From a bacterium (GTDB taxonomy: Bacteria; Caldisericota; Caldisericia; UBA6126), in contig JAJFUD010000029.1 in NCBI GenBank assembly GCA_021372585.1, positions 16,362 through 80,361 on the forward strand: a stretch of 64,000 nt of DNA, in the 5' to 3' direction. The translations under genes and the position numbers were made by a program. Shown piece after piece: positions 28,317-39,039 of the stretch. The notes beneath the pieces are model-generated. The model made no database searches, was not told the DNA's origin, and worked only from the letters and a program-made list of their open reading frames with translations. Position 1 is the first letter of the stretch. Each line of letters begins with the position of its first letter.

Positions 28317-31300
28317 ATGAAAAAGATAACTCTATGGCTTCTTGTTTTATTTCTTGTCTTCCATTCTGTTCAAGGTGTTCAAGCCAGAGAAAGCATAGAA
28401 AAACTCGCATGGTCACCTATTTTCAACTCTTCTGAAATCGTCGATATTATCGTTGAGGGGTGGGAAGAGTCATGGTTAGAATCTGTTGAACACAAACAAA
28501 ACGTTGTTCTCTCCTCCGGTTATATATCGGCATTATCCAAATGGCAAACTGATTTTACCCAATCGATTCAGCATCTGCCGAATCTCGAAGTCATGGATTT
28601 CTATAAATTGAGCTTTAACGGAATTTGGATTCGCACGCCTGGATTTCAGGTACCACTGCTAGCGAAATCTTTTCTTGTCAAAAAAATACATCTGATGAAT
28701 GAGAAAGTCTTTCCTACCCGTGAAATAGCACGAAACTCCATTCAGATGCCTTCTTATAATGAAGCGAAAGAGAGGGAGCATTATCCGGATGGGTCCGGTA
28801 CTGTGATTGGTATTGTCGATACCGGTATTTTTTATGGGCATGAAGATTTTTGGCCGGAAGGTTCAAAAGAAATGCCGGACTTTCCCAATGACAAAACGAT
28901 CAGCGGATATGATTTTGCAGATAAAGATGAAAATCCGGTGGATGATAGAAATGGGCACGGAACTCACGTAGCCGGTATAGCAGCCGGAAACCATTCAGAG
29001 AGTAATGTTAATCAGGGAATTGCTCCCAAAGCCGCCTTGATCGCCTATAAGGTCTTTTCATCCAAAGAAGGGGCGGGCGGAGCCTCTTCTGCTACCATTG
29101 TATCGGCTGCAGAGAGTGCTCTTGAAGAAGGTTGTACTGTGATTAATCTTTCTCTGGGGCACGACGGAGAAGCCAATTCGACTTACGATGACAGTCCCTA
29201 CTACACAGCTCTCGATAATGCTGTGAAAGGAGGAGTGGTGGTAGTGGCGGCAGCAGGTAATGAAGGTTCTAGAATTGAGGGTAATCCCTGGCCAATCCAC
29301 TCTCCCGGTGTTTTTTTGAATTTGATTCAAGTAGCCGCTTCAGATGACAGGGGAATTCAACAGTTGGAGCTGAAGTACCCCTCTTCCTGGACAAGGACCG
29401 TGAATGGAAATTTGGCCAGATACACCCCTCTCTTTACAGAGGAATTCAATCAAATTCCTGTGCTGGACGCTGGATATGGTCGGGAAGAAGACTTTAAGGA
29501 GATCGATGTAAAAGGCAAAGTAGTCCTCATTCAGAGAGGCCCATTGGTGAATCCGATTACCTTCCAGGAAAAGAACCGAAACGCAAGAGCAAATGGAGCC
29601 GTAGGATGTATTATATATAACTATTCCCAGGAGGGATTTCGCGGGACTATGATATCCCCTACTGAGGATCCATTGGATTTTAATTTTCTGCCTACGTTGA
29701 TGGTGAGTGGGGCTGCAGCGGATCAGATTCGTTTTTGTTTGCAGAATGCGGGAGCGATCGAATATAAAAAACTAAATACTCCCATTATTTCAGATTATAC
29801 TTCTGCCGGTCCTTGTTTAGACGGCGATTTAGGTGTGTTCAAGCCGGAGGTTTGTGCTCCCGGAACTATGATACGATCTGCCGTTCCGGCGAATGATACC
29901 AAAACCAAGCAACTGGTTTCCGCCTGGACGGATTTGTCCGGTACTTCTATGGCTACTCCGGTTGTAACCGGGGCGGTGGCGCTTTTAAAGCAGACTCATC
30001 CGGAATGGACGCCGTATCAGGTGAAATGTGCTTTAATGAACACCGCTGATCTTTTAATTAACCCGATAAACCAGGAAGTCTTTTCGTTTTATTACCAAGG
30101 TGCGGGACAAATCAATGTTCAGCAGGCTCTCCAAACCAAAGCCCTGATTACTCCTCCTTCCGTCATGCGTTGTTCCGGTTCGATAGGGGAAAAGGCTTCC
30201 ATCACCATAAAAAATATTACGGACGAACCGCTCTCTGTCGAAGTCAGATCCGTGTTCTTCACCACTACCGTACAACCTGTTGAGATGATAACCAATAAAC
30301 CATTTTTAGCCATCACACCTCATAGCAGCGAGACGATAGAATATTGGTTCCATTCAGAAACGAAACAATTTGATTGGACCAGAATGGAAGGAGTGATTTG
30401 GTTTCAGATCGTATCCCAGAATCAAGACAACGTTGCGTTTCAATCCTTGCATGTTCCCATGATTTTCTATTCTGAATCGACCAATACCCTTCAAAAACCT
30501 GTTCAGCAGGTTTTTGTGTCGAATCCCACCTTAAACCGCAAAGAACACCCGATTGTTACGCTTGGTTATACTATCGGTACCGGAAGCGTCACCCGAACCA
30601 TTGATGAAATTCCGGGTGAAAAAGAGGGGGAAACCAAAATAGTCACCACCACTGCAGCCAGGAATTATGTTTCTGTTTTGCAGATGCAGCTCTTTAACGA
30701 AGAAGAGAAGTTAGTGTATACACAATATTTAGGAGAGCAAATCCCGGTGGGCACCTATCAATTTGCCTGGGATGGCAAAGCGTTGGAAGGAATGGATGTG
30801 TTACCGGACGGAACGTATACCCTTTACATCTCCACCAAGAGCAGGGAATTGTTTTATAAGACGGAAGCGGAAGAACGAAAATTAGCCAAACAGTCAGATT
30901 ATTGGGAAAAATCCAATCCGGTCCAAATCGAGATCAAGAATTCCCAGGCTTCGGTGAATCCGGTATTTTTAATGGCTACTCCAAGAAAAGTGACCGCTTA
31001 TTCCACTCAAGGCGTCTCGTTCTATTTAGAAAAATCAGAAGAAATCGATGAAGTGAAGATCCAAATCTCCTATGACAAAGAATATCTCTCTCCCATTCTT
31101 TCTGAAATGCTTTCCTTCAAACATAGTGAGGCTTTGTCTGAATTTTCATGGACGGTGAAACGTCCTTTTGCGACGGAATCCAGATTTTTCCTTGGAGAAC
31201 ACCTTTTCCAATGGTCAAAACCGGGAGTGAATCCCATTAAAGAGATCAAAGTCACTTGTTATTTCAGGGGAGTACCCTTAAAGCGCGATGTGCAGATCAT

Positions 31301-31508
31301 TACCCCGGATATCACCATCACTGAAGAGGAGAGTTGTGTGGGTGATTTGAATCAGGATAATCTTGTCAATCGTCTCGATTATGAACTTTGGCTGCCTTAT
31401 TTTGGCACTACCTGGCGATCCATTGGCTGGAACGCTCAGTATGACTTAAACTATGATTGGGTAATTGATGTCGAAGATCTGCTCATCCTCTGCCGCTGTA
31501 TGGAGTAA
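28317..31508 (+). CDS. Secreted S8 subtilisin-like protease with PA domain, Ig/FlgD-like segment and C-terminal dockerin-like repeats
   Basis: Signal peptide; IVDTGI, GHGTHVAGI, GTSMATP triad; GKVVLIQRG PA domain; FAWDGK FlgD-like; GDLNQDNLVN...DLNYDWVIDVED. Confidence 0.9.
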   Translation: MKKITLWLLVLFLVFHSVQGVQARESIEKLAWSPIFNSSEIVDIIVEGWEESWLESVEHKQNVVLSSGYISALSKWQTDFTQSIQHLPNLEVMDFYKLSFNGIWIRTPGFQVPLLAKSFLVKKIHLMNEKVFPTREIARNSIQMPSYNEAKEREHYPDGSGTVIGIVDTGIFYGHEDFWPEGSKEMPDFPNDKTISGYDFADKDENPVDDRNGHGTHVAGIAAGNHSESNVNQGIAPKAALIAYKVFSSKEGAGGASSATIVSAAESALEEGCTVINLSLGHDGEANSTYDDSPYYTALDNAVKGGVVVVAAAGNEGSRIEGNPWPIHSPGVFLNLIQVAASDDRGIQQLELKYPSSWTRTVNGNLARYTPLFTEEFNQIPVLDAGYGREEDFKEIDVKGKVVLIQRGPLVNPITFQEKNRNARANGAVGCIIYNYSQEGFRGTMISPTEDPLDFNFLPTLMVSGAAADQIRFCLQNAGAIEYKKLNTPIISDYTSAGPCLDGDLGVFKPEVCAPGTMIRSAVPANDTKTKQLVSAWTDLSGTSMATPVVTGAVALLKQTHPEWTPYQVKCALMNTADLLINPINQEVFSFYYQGAGQINVQQALQTKALITPPSVMRCSGSIGEKASITIKNITDEPLSVEVRSVFFTTTVQPVEMITNKPFLAITPHSSETIEYWFHSETKQFDWTRMEGVIWFQIVSQNQDNVAFQSLHVPMIFYSESTNTLQKPVQQVFVSNPTLNRKEHPIVTLGYTIGTGSVTRTIDEIPGEKEGETKIVTTTAARNYVSVLQMQLFNEEEKLVYTQYLGEQIPVGTYQFAWDGKALEGMDVLPDGTYTLYISTKSRELFYKTEAEERKLAKQSDYWEKSNPVQIEIKNSQASVNPVFLMATPRKVTAYSTQGVSFYLEKSEEIDEVKIQISYDKEYLSPILSEMLSFKHSEALSEFSWTVKRPFATESRFFLGEHLFQWSKPGVNPIKEIKVTCYFRGVPLKRDVQIITPDITITEEESCVGDLNQDNLVNRLDYELWLPYFGTTWRSIGWNAQYDLNYDWVIDVEDLLILCRCME

Positions 31509-31509
31509 C

Positions 31510-32292
31510 CTACTCTGCCCACGGGGACGGGGTTGTTGGGCAAGTGTGCCCAACAACCCCGTCCCCGTGGGCAGATAAATGGAGCTTGTTTTGGCGGTGG
31601 ATGTTTTTGTAAGGTTCAGCATCATATTTTTCAGTTTGATGGGTCTGCCAAGCATAGATGTATTGTTTTGAAGTCTCGATATCTGTTTGGGTGACGATCC
31701 CATGCCCGGCAATCAATTTGTCAGCTTGAATAGAAGCATAATGATCCAGCGTCTCTAAGTACTTCTGCCAATCCTGACTTTCCAAATAGGGGATAGGGCG
31801 TTCCAGGTTATCCCCAACCGCCAGTACTCCTTCTTGTCGAAAAAAGACGGAGCAACTATCTTCTGAATGTCCGGGTGAAGGAAAAACCTCGATTCCAGCT
31901 TCAGGGAAGGTAAGGGTCGAGGTGATTAAGCAATTTGGCAGGCAGATCTGGTTGTTCGGTTCCCAATAGGTCAGGTTTGCTGTTTTGTCAGCTTCAAAAT
32001 ACCGTTTCATCATTTGGTAGCATAATGAGGTGGATATCCTGACAGAGGAAAGAAAAGCTGAATTTCCCCATACGTGATCAAAATGGTAATGGGTATTGAC
32101 GATGATATAGGGTGTGTTTGAAGAAGGTTCCGGAAGAAGCCGGAGCATCTGTTTCATCTTCGAAGGACCCAGAAAAGTATCGATAATCAGGTTGATCCCG
32201 GAACCATGATAGACCAGCACATTGGTTTCGTAAGGAGATAAATCAGTCCAGGTAACGATGAAGAGACGATCGGTTATGGATGAAAAATTCAT
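31510..32292 (-). CDS. Metallo-beta-lactamase fold hydrolase
   Basis: NTHYHFDH, PGHS, VGD, AGHG; start coupled to the upstream stop (TAATG). Confidence 0.88.
   Translation of the reverse strand: MNFSSITDRLFIVTWTDLSPYETNVLVYHGSGINLIIDTFLGPSKMKQMLRLLPEPSSNTPYIIVNTHYHFDHVWGNSAFLSSVRISTSLCYQMMKRYFEADKTANLTYWEPNNQICLPNCLITSTLTFPEAGIEVFPSPGHSEDSCSVFFRQEGVLAVGDNLERPIPYLESQDWQKYLETLDHYASIQADKLIAGHGIVTQTDIETSKQYIYAWQTHQTEKYDAEPYKNIHRQNKLHLSAHGDGVVGHTCPTTPSPWAE
31514..31575. repeat. Perfect 29-bp-arm GC-rich inverted repeat (REPIN-like)
   Basis: tctgcccacggggacggggttgttgggca-agtg-tgcccaacaaccccgtccccgtgggcaga. Confidence 0.9.
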
Positions 32293-35021
32293 TATTGCTC
32301 GTATACAATGGAGATACAAGTGATGCCTTCATTGGATTTACTTGCATTCACCAGGGCGCCAAAGGACTCTGCAATAAATCGTATCGGAACAAATACCCGG
32401 TTTTGAAAGATAAGGGGAGGCACATCCATTTTCACTTTCTCATGGTTGATGATGGCTTCTTTTTGGTTGACGGTGAGTGTCATCTGAATCTCTTTTGTCA
32501 GTAATGTGACATAGATCTTTTTTTGAGCACTGTCCCATTCCAAAGTAGCACCAAAGGATTCTCCAATAAACCGAAAAGGAACTAACGTCCTACTTTCCAT
32601 AATGAACGGCACGATCTCAACGTTATCCGGATCGAAGTAGGTCATTTTTTGGTTAATCTTCACTTCCGGTTGATTGACACAAAAATAAATGGTGGTTATC
32701 GGGAACTGACATTTGATTTGAACGATAACGGATTGCTTGCCACCATTTGAAGTGATTTCGATTAATCCTCTGTATTCGCCGTTTTTTAACATGGAAGGGC
32801 GTAATTGTATCTCTATTTCCGTATCATTGTTGTGAAACTCTGCAGGCTGGACTGTCAGCCACGGTACTGTAGACTGGAGCGTTCCCATTAGGTTCTTTCG
32901 ACCGTAATTAGCGATGGAGAAGGTTGCTTTTTTCTTCTCCCGGTTCTGAATCGTTCCAAAATCAAACTCTGTCGGGTATACCCACAATTTCGGCGAATTA
33001 TCCACAATCGTACACGATACTCTTATCTTTTTCTTTCCGCCGTTCGAGGTAATTTGCAGAAAATCTTCTACATAACCCTCTTCAAGCTTATTGGGAAGCA
33101 AGGAAACAAGAACTTTCAAGCTGGAAAAGCAAGGTATAATGAAAGATTGGTCAGAAACAGATAGCCAGGACTGCTTAAATTCAAGGTATCCTTTTAGATT
33201 CTGCGATCCAACGTTAGATATGGTAATCAGGGCGGTGACTTTTGAGCTGTTCTTTTCAATCAATCCAAAGGTGATACTTTCCGGATTGACTTCAAGTAAA
33301 GCTTCATCTTCAATAATAGGGTACATTTTCACTAACCATATGGAGATTTTATTTTTCTCGTTTGAAGAAGATTTTCCACAGACGATAAAACCAAGATCCA
33401 AGCTTCTGGTGATGTAGTTCAGAGAATCATGCTCTTCTCCTTCCAATACCAAATCCCAAATTTTATTTCCATAGGCATCTGTAAAAAGAAGGTAACCATC
33501 TGCTTTTCCACTCTCAGAAAGAAGATCATCAATGGTAACGTTAGTAGTACCAACGATCATGAAACCTCCAGAATTGGTTTTTGAGAGAGAATGGCCAATG
33601 GTGGATCCATTCTTTTCATAGTATTTTTCCCATAAAACTTGTCCAAAGCTATCCGTTTTTAGCAAGTAGATACCCTCTACTTCTGAAAAGCTGTCCGTTT
33701 CTCCCATGAGCAAGTATCCATGATCATTCGCTTCAATCATGGCATTAATCAGGTAATTTCCTTTGTTGCCGTAGGTTTGCTGCCAGAGAATTTCTCCGGT
33801 TTCGGTCGTTTTGATCAGAAGAATTTGTTGGCGTCCCTGTGTATTTTGAATAGCCCCGCACACCAGAATATCTCCATCTATGGATTCGATACAATCTGTG
33901 CCAATTTCGTCTGAATTCTTCCCATAAATCTTTTGCCATAACACATTACCGGATTCATCTATCTTTAAAAATAGGATATCAGTTTTTTGATTGGAGTAGG
34001 AATCACTATACCCGGTCAGGATGTATCCCCTGTCCCCGGTTTGTTTGACGGATAGCACCTTGTCCTCACCTTCAGAGCCGATTCTTTTATCCCAAAGTAA
34101 GGCTCCGCCATGGTTTAAACGATATAAAATGATATCACTTTGAATCTCCTCTGTGGGATTGGTGTAATTTCCAATCACCAGGTAACCGTTATCTGCTGTT
34201 TGGTTTACAAACACACCGGTGGATAGGCCATTCTCGGCAACCAATCGTTTTTCCCATTCAGGAGTGCCTTCAGCAGTGAGCTTGGCGATATATATTCCCA
34301 TCTCATTATCGGAAACATCCTCACTGCCGCATAAGATATAACCCCCGTCAATCGTGGACTGAATGCAGCTGCCACGCTGTACGGCATCCGATTCCATCTG
34401 TTTGCTCCACTCCGTTTTAGGCAGTGGTTGAGAAAATGATTGAAGTGTCAACTCCGGATTGGGAGGGGTGAATCCGTTCCATACCACCATTACCTGCTGG
34501 GTGTTTTCTTCCCAGGTTACAACCGCTCCGACGGTTTCTGAAACAAAGCGTATCGGTACCAGGGTGCGGTTATTGGGAATCTTGATGTAAGGAGCTACAT
34601 CCAGCGTAATGGTTTGAACGGTAGGATCGGTTTGTTCATTTAGCTTGGTTTCAATAAATACGGTCGTGTGGTTGGTGTGAAGGATGATTTTTTTATTATA
34701 CCCGGAAGAATGGGTAAACTGAATGATAATCACCCCTTCCCCGGAAATGTCAGGATTCTCCTTCCAATTCACCTCGGCTCCCATTTTCTCTACTAAGAAA
34801 CGCAAGGGGATAAAAGTTCTGTTGTTTTTCAATTCAGGCGCTACATCCATGGTCCATCTCTCTTGATTGATCTGGACTTCCTGTAAGCCAATATGGAAAA
34901 TGAAGGTTGTTTGAGAGAGCTCCTGAATTTGTACAGCATTAGCCAACAAGGATCCGGATAACAGAAGTGCGGACACCATGCAAACAAATCGAAGGGTTAT
35001 CTTTTTATTCAACTCGTGCAT
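32292..35021 (-). CDS. Surface protein: copper amine oxidase N (stalk) domains at both ends, beta-propeller, Ig/BACON-like domains
   Basis: RTFIPLRF/RTLVPIRF stalk motifs at N- and C-termini; seven DxGY/FxxxG repeats; PxxIxFG Ig-like starts. Confidence 0.8.
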   Translation of the reverse strand: MHELNKKITLRFVCMVSALLLSGSLLANAVQIQELSQTTFIFHIGLQEVQINQERWTMDVAPELKNNRTFIPLRFLVEKMGAEVNWKENPDISGEGVIIIQFTHSSGYNKKIILHTNHTTVFIETKLNEQTDPTVQTITLDVAPYIKIPNNRTLVPIRFVSETVGAVVTWEENTQQVMVVWNGFTPPNPELTLQSFSQPLPKTEWSKQMESDAVQRGSCIQSTIDGGYILCGSEDVSDNEMGIYIAKLTAEGTPEWEKRLVAENGLSTGVFVNQTADNGYLVIGNYTNPTEEIQSDIILYRLNHGGALLWDKRIGSEGEDKVLSVKQTGDRGYILTGYSDSYSNQKTDILFLKIDESGNVLWQKIYGKNSDEIGTDCIESIDGDILVCGAIQNTQGRQQILLIKTTETGEILWQQTYGNKGNYLINAMIEANDHGYLLMGETDSFSEVEGIYLLKTDSFGQVLWEKYYEKNGSTIGHSLSKTNSGGFMIVGTTNVTIDDLLSESGKADGYLLFTDAYGNKIWDLVLEGEEHDSLNYITRSLDLGFIVCGKSSSNEKNKISIWLVKMYPIIEDEALLEVNPESITFGLIEKNSSKVTALITISNVGSQNLKGYLEFKQSWLSVSDQSFIIPCFSSLKVLVSLLPNKLEEGYVEDFLQITSNGGKKKIRVSCTIVDNSPKLWVYPTEFDFGTIQNREKKKATFSIANYGRKNLMGTLQSTVPWLTVQPAEFHNNDTEIEIQLRPSMLKNGEYRGLIEITSNGGKQSVIVQIKCQFPITTIYFCVNQPEVKINQKMTYFDPDNVEIVPFIMESRTLVPFRFIGESFGATLEWDSAQKKIYVTLLTKEIQMTLTVNQKEAIINHEKVKMDVPPLIFQNRVFVPIRFIAESFGALVNASKSNEGITCISIVYEQ

Positions 35022-35078
35022 AGTATCATTGTATATTCAGCTTCTCATCTGTAAATAAAACAACGGCACTAAAAAGAA

Positions 35079-35867
35079 TCAGGGTTGCAATATCCCTTCG
35101 GTTTGTCCCATGATGCTGATCAGTACTTCTTTTGTGCCCGGTATAGCGAGCAAAGTCTGGGTAACTTGAGCTGCAAAGGCTCCTGTGGCACAAGCACCGG
35201 CGATTTGAAACGGTTTGAAATCCACATGCATTTTTCCGTTGTTGCGAACAATGAAGTTGATGACGACATCGTTTGGAATAGCAGATACATATCCCTGTTT
35301 CTTTTCTTCTTCAGTCGGTCCTTCAAATAACAGCAGTAATATCTCCTCAAAAATGGCATCTTCGTCCGCGATTCGATCAACGGGATACACTTTTGAACAG
35401 TCTAGCATATTCGGATCTTTGATCGTGTTGTTATAGAAAACAGAATACGTGACTTGTTTAGATTCGATCCATTGTAAGGTGACCTCTGTCGCTAATAATA
35501 TCCCAGGTGTACCACCGTTTTGATTGGATCCCGGGTTTTTCACGTAGGCTTTGATATTACACTCATTGTCAGGCTGTAAGTCACTGAACAGAAGCATTTT
35601 CGACCCAGGTTCCGTTTCACTCTGTCGTCTTATTTTGGTATCCTCATTCACCCAAACATTCCAGACTGAGCCATCTTTTTCCTGAAATTTAAAGTAATTC
35701 TCGGAAGAGGTTTCCAGTATTTTGCCGCTATATAGAGTGATTTCAGGTTCGTTAGCTGGTTTTTGAGGTTGGAAAAAATGAGACAAGCTGTTGCATCCCG
35801 AATTCAGAACGCTAAGCAGAATCAATGCAATACTGCATAAAATGAATTTCTTGGAAGATAGTAACAT
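35079..35867 (-). CDS. GerMN-domain lipoprotein
   Basis: Lipobox NSGC; LLFEGPTEEEKKQGYVSAIP; QVTQTLLAIPG.KEV.I. Confidence 0.78.
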   Translation of the reverse strand: MLLSSKKFILCSIALILLSVLNSGCNSLSHFFQPQKPANEPEITLYSGKILETSSENYFKFQEKDGSVWNVWVNEDTKIRRQSETEPGSKMLLFSDLQPDNECNIKAYVKNPGSNQNGGTPGILLATEVTLQWIESKQVTYSVFYNNTIKDPNMLDCSKVYPVDRIADEDAIFEEILLLLFEGPTEEEKKQGYVSAIPNDVVINFIVRNNGKMHVDFKPFQIAGACATGAFAAQVTQTLLAIPGTKEVLISIMGQTEGILQP

Positions 35868-35896
35868 ATCAATTTCCCTCCTTAAAATAAGGTTGA

Positions 35897-36889
35897 TTAC
35901 GACTTTTTCTTAAGGCTTAACAGTGTATCAATCCGTTTTTCTGGTGCATGTGCAATACGATTCAGGTTATGAGCGTAAATCATGGTCGTATTCACATTGG
36001 CATGTCTGCCTAAGGCCTGGGCTTCCTGTATAGTGGCGCCCGCTTGTAATGCCAGTGTAATAGCAGTATGTCGTAGGCTATGGGCAGTAATACGGTTGCT
36101 GATGATGCCGTTCTTCAAAAAGCAATCCTTTACTATTCTTGAAATCGTTCTGGTAGTGAGACGGTGTCCGCTGTTTCGGTCACTGATGGAAGTAAAAAGG
36201 GGATCATCGTCTTTTCTTTCCTTAGCAGGGCGGGTTCTCAGATACTCATCAATCGGAAACTTCGCATCCTCTGTTAGCAAGACAAACTCATCCTTAACAT
36301 CTCTTCCTTTTCCCTGAATCCAGAGAACAGACTCTCCACTTTCCTGTCGTATATCACCGATATCAGCCCGAACAATTTCAATCGTTCTTAGACCAGTCCT
36401 GATTAAAAGATTGATGATGGCAAAATTTCGTTTTTCTTCCAGGGAATTTCTTGGGAAACTCTCCAGTAAAGTTTTTACTTGCAAAAGAGTGAGAGGATCT
36501 TTCCGAAAACCTTTGCTTCTTTTCAATCCTTTCACATTTCTGGCGATGTTAGGATAGATCTGTTTGCTCTCCAACCATTCAAAATATCGCCTCACTGCAA
36601 CGATGTAGGTTGATATCGTCATAGCAGATAAACGTAAGCCCTCCAGGTGTTGTTTATAGAGCAGGATGTCTTCCCGGGTAGGCGCCCGTTGGAGTTCCTT
36701 TTCCTGAATCCAAGCTACAAAGGGCCGTAAAGCTCTTTTGTAAGTGACTTTCGATGTCACTTTTAAGTCCAGTGATTTTAAAAATTCTTCAACGAACCGG
36801 GTAATATCAAAAGCAGACGGGGCTTCGATAACTTGGTTCTGTTTCATAGCAATCTCGGAAGATAACGGGAACTGAGTTAATTCTTTCAT
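35897..36889 (-). CDS. Tyrosine recombinase/integrase
   Basis: SAM-like N-terminus; TGLRTIE (R), QGKG (K), AHSLRH, GRH, TMIYAH (Y). Confidence 0.93.
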   Translation of the reverse strand: MKELTQFPLSSEIAMKQNQVIEAPSAFDITRFVEEFLKSLDLKVTSKVTYKRALRPFVAWIQEKELQRAPTREDILLYKQHLEGLRLSAMTISTYIVAVRRYFEWLESKQIYPNIARNVKGLKRSKGFRKDPLTLLQVKTLLESFPRNSLEEKRNFAIINLLIRTGLRTIEIVRADIGDIRQESGESVLWIQGKGRDVKDEFVLLTEDAKFPIDEYLRTRPAKERKDDDPLFTSISDRNSGHRLTTRTISRIVKDCFLKNGIISNRITAHSLRHTAITLALQAGATIQEAQALGRHANVNTTMIYAHNLNRIAHAPEKRIDTLLSLKKKS

Positions 36890-36980
36890 GCTTTATCCAC
36901 TTCTATCCATTGGTGTATTCTTTTCATTGACTTGAAATTATAACGACAAATGGCGTCAAATAAAGACTATGTAAAAGAAA

Positions 36981-37013
36981 AAAGGAGAGTGACTCTCAGA
37001 GTCACTCTCCTTT
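36981..37013 (-). terminator. Perfect 33-bp palindrome, likely groEL terminator
   Basis: aaaggagagtgactct-c-agagtcactctccttt followed by a T run on the minus strand. Confidence 0.75.
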
Positions 37014-37034
37014 GGGAGTTTGTAAAATCAGGAA

Positions 37035-38681
<1,647 letters not shown>

Positions 38682-38969
38682 TTAAATTACAACGCCTAAA
38701 ATATCTCTTTCAGAGACAATCAGGTAATCTTCACCATCAATTTTAATTTCAGTTCCGCCGTATTTGGAGAAAATGATAATGTCACCCTCTCTCACATCTA
38801 ACGGTACCCGAGTGCCATTGTCTAATATTCTGCCAGTTCCAACGGAGAGAACTTTTCCTTTTTGGGGTTTTTCTTTGGCAGTATCAGGAAGAATAATCCC
38901 ACCTTTTGTTGTTACTTCAGCTTCCAGCGCTTTCACGACTATACGGTCGCCTAAGGGTCTGATGTTCAT
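38682..38969 (-). CDS. groS: Co-chaperonin GroES
   Basis: [32 protein letters not shown]. Confidence 0.98.
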   Translation of the reverse strand: MNIRPLGDRIVVKALEAEVTTKGGIILPDTAKEKPQKGKVLSVGTGRILDNGTRVPLDVREGDIIIFSKYGGTEIKIDGEDYLIVSERDILGVVI

Positions 38970-39039
38970 AAAAGCCTAACCTCCTACTTCATTTATAAAG
39001 TTTGTCATTACTGTTTATTCCCAAAATTCATAAAAATTA

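Noticed and set aside
36950-36977. dif-like site upstream of the recombinase
   Set aside because: ctatgtaaaag partly resembles a XerD arm, but the left arm has no matching symmetry.
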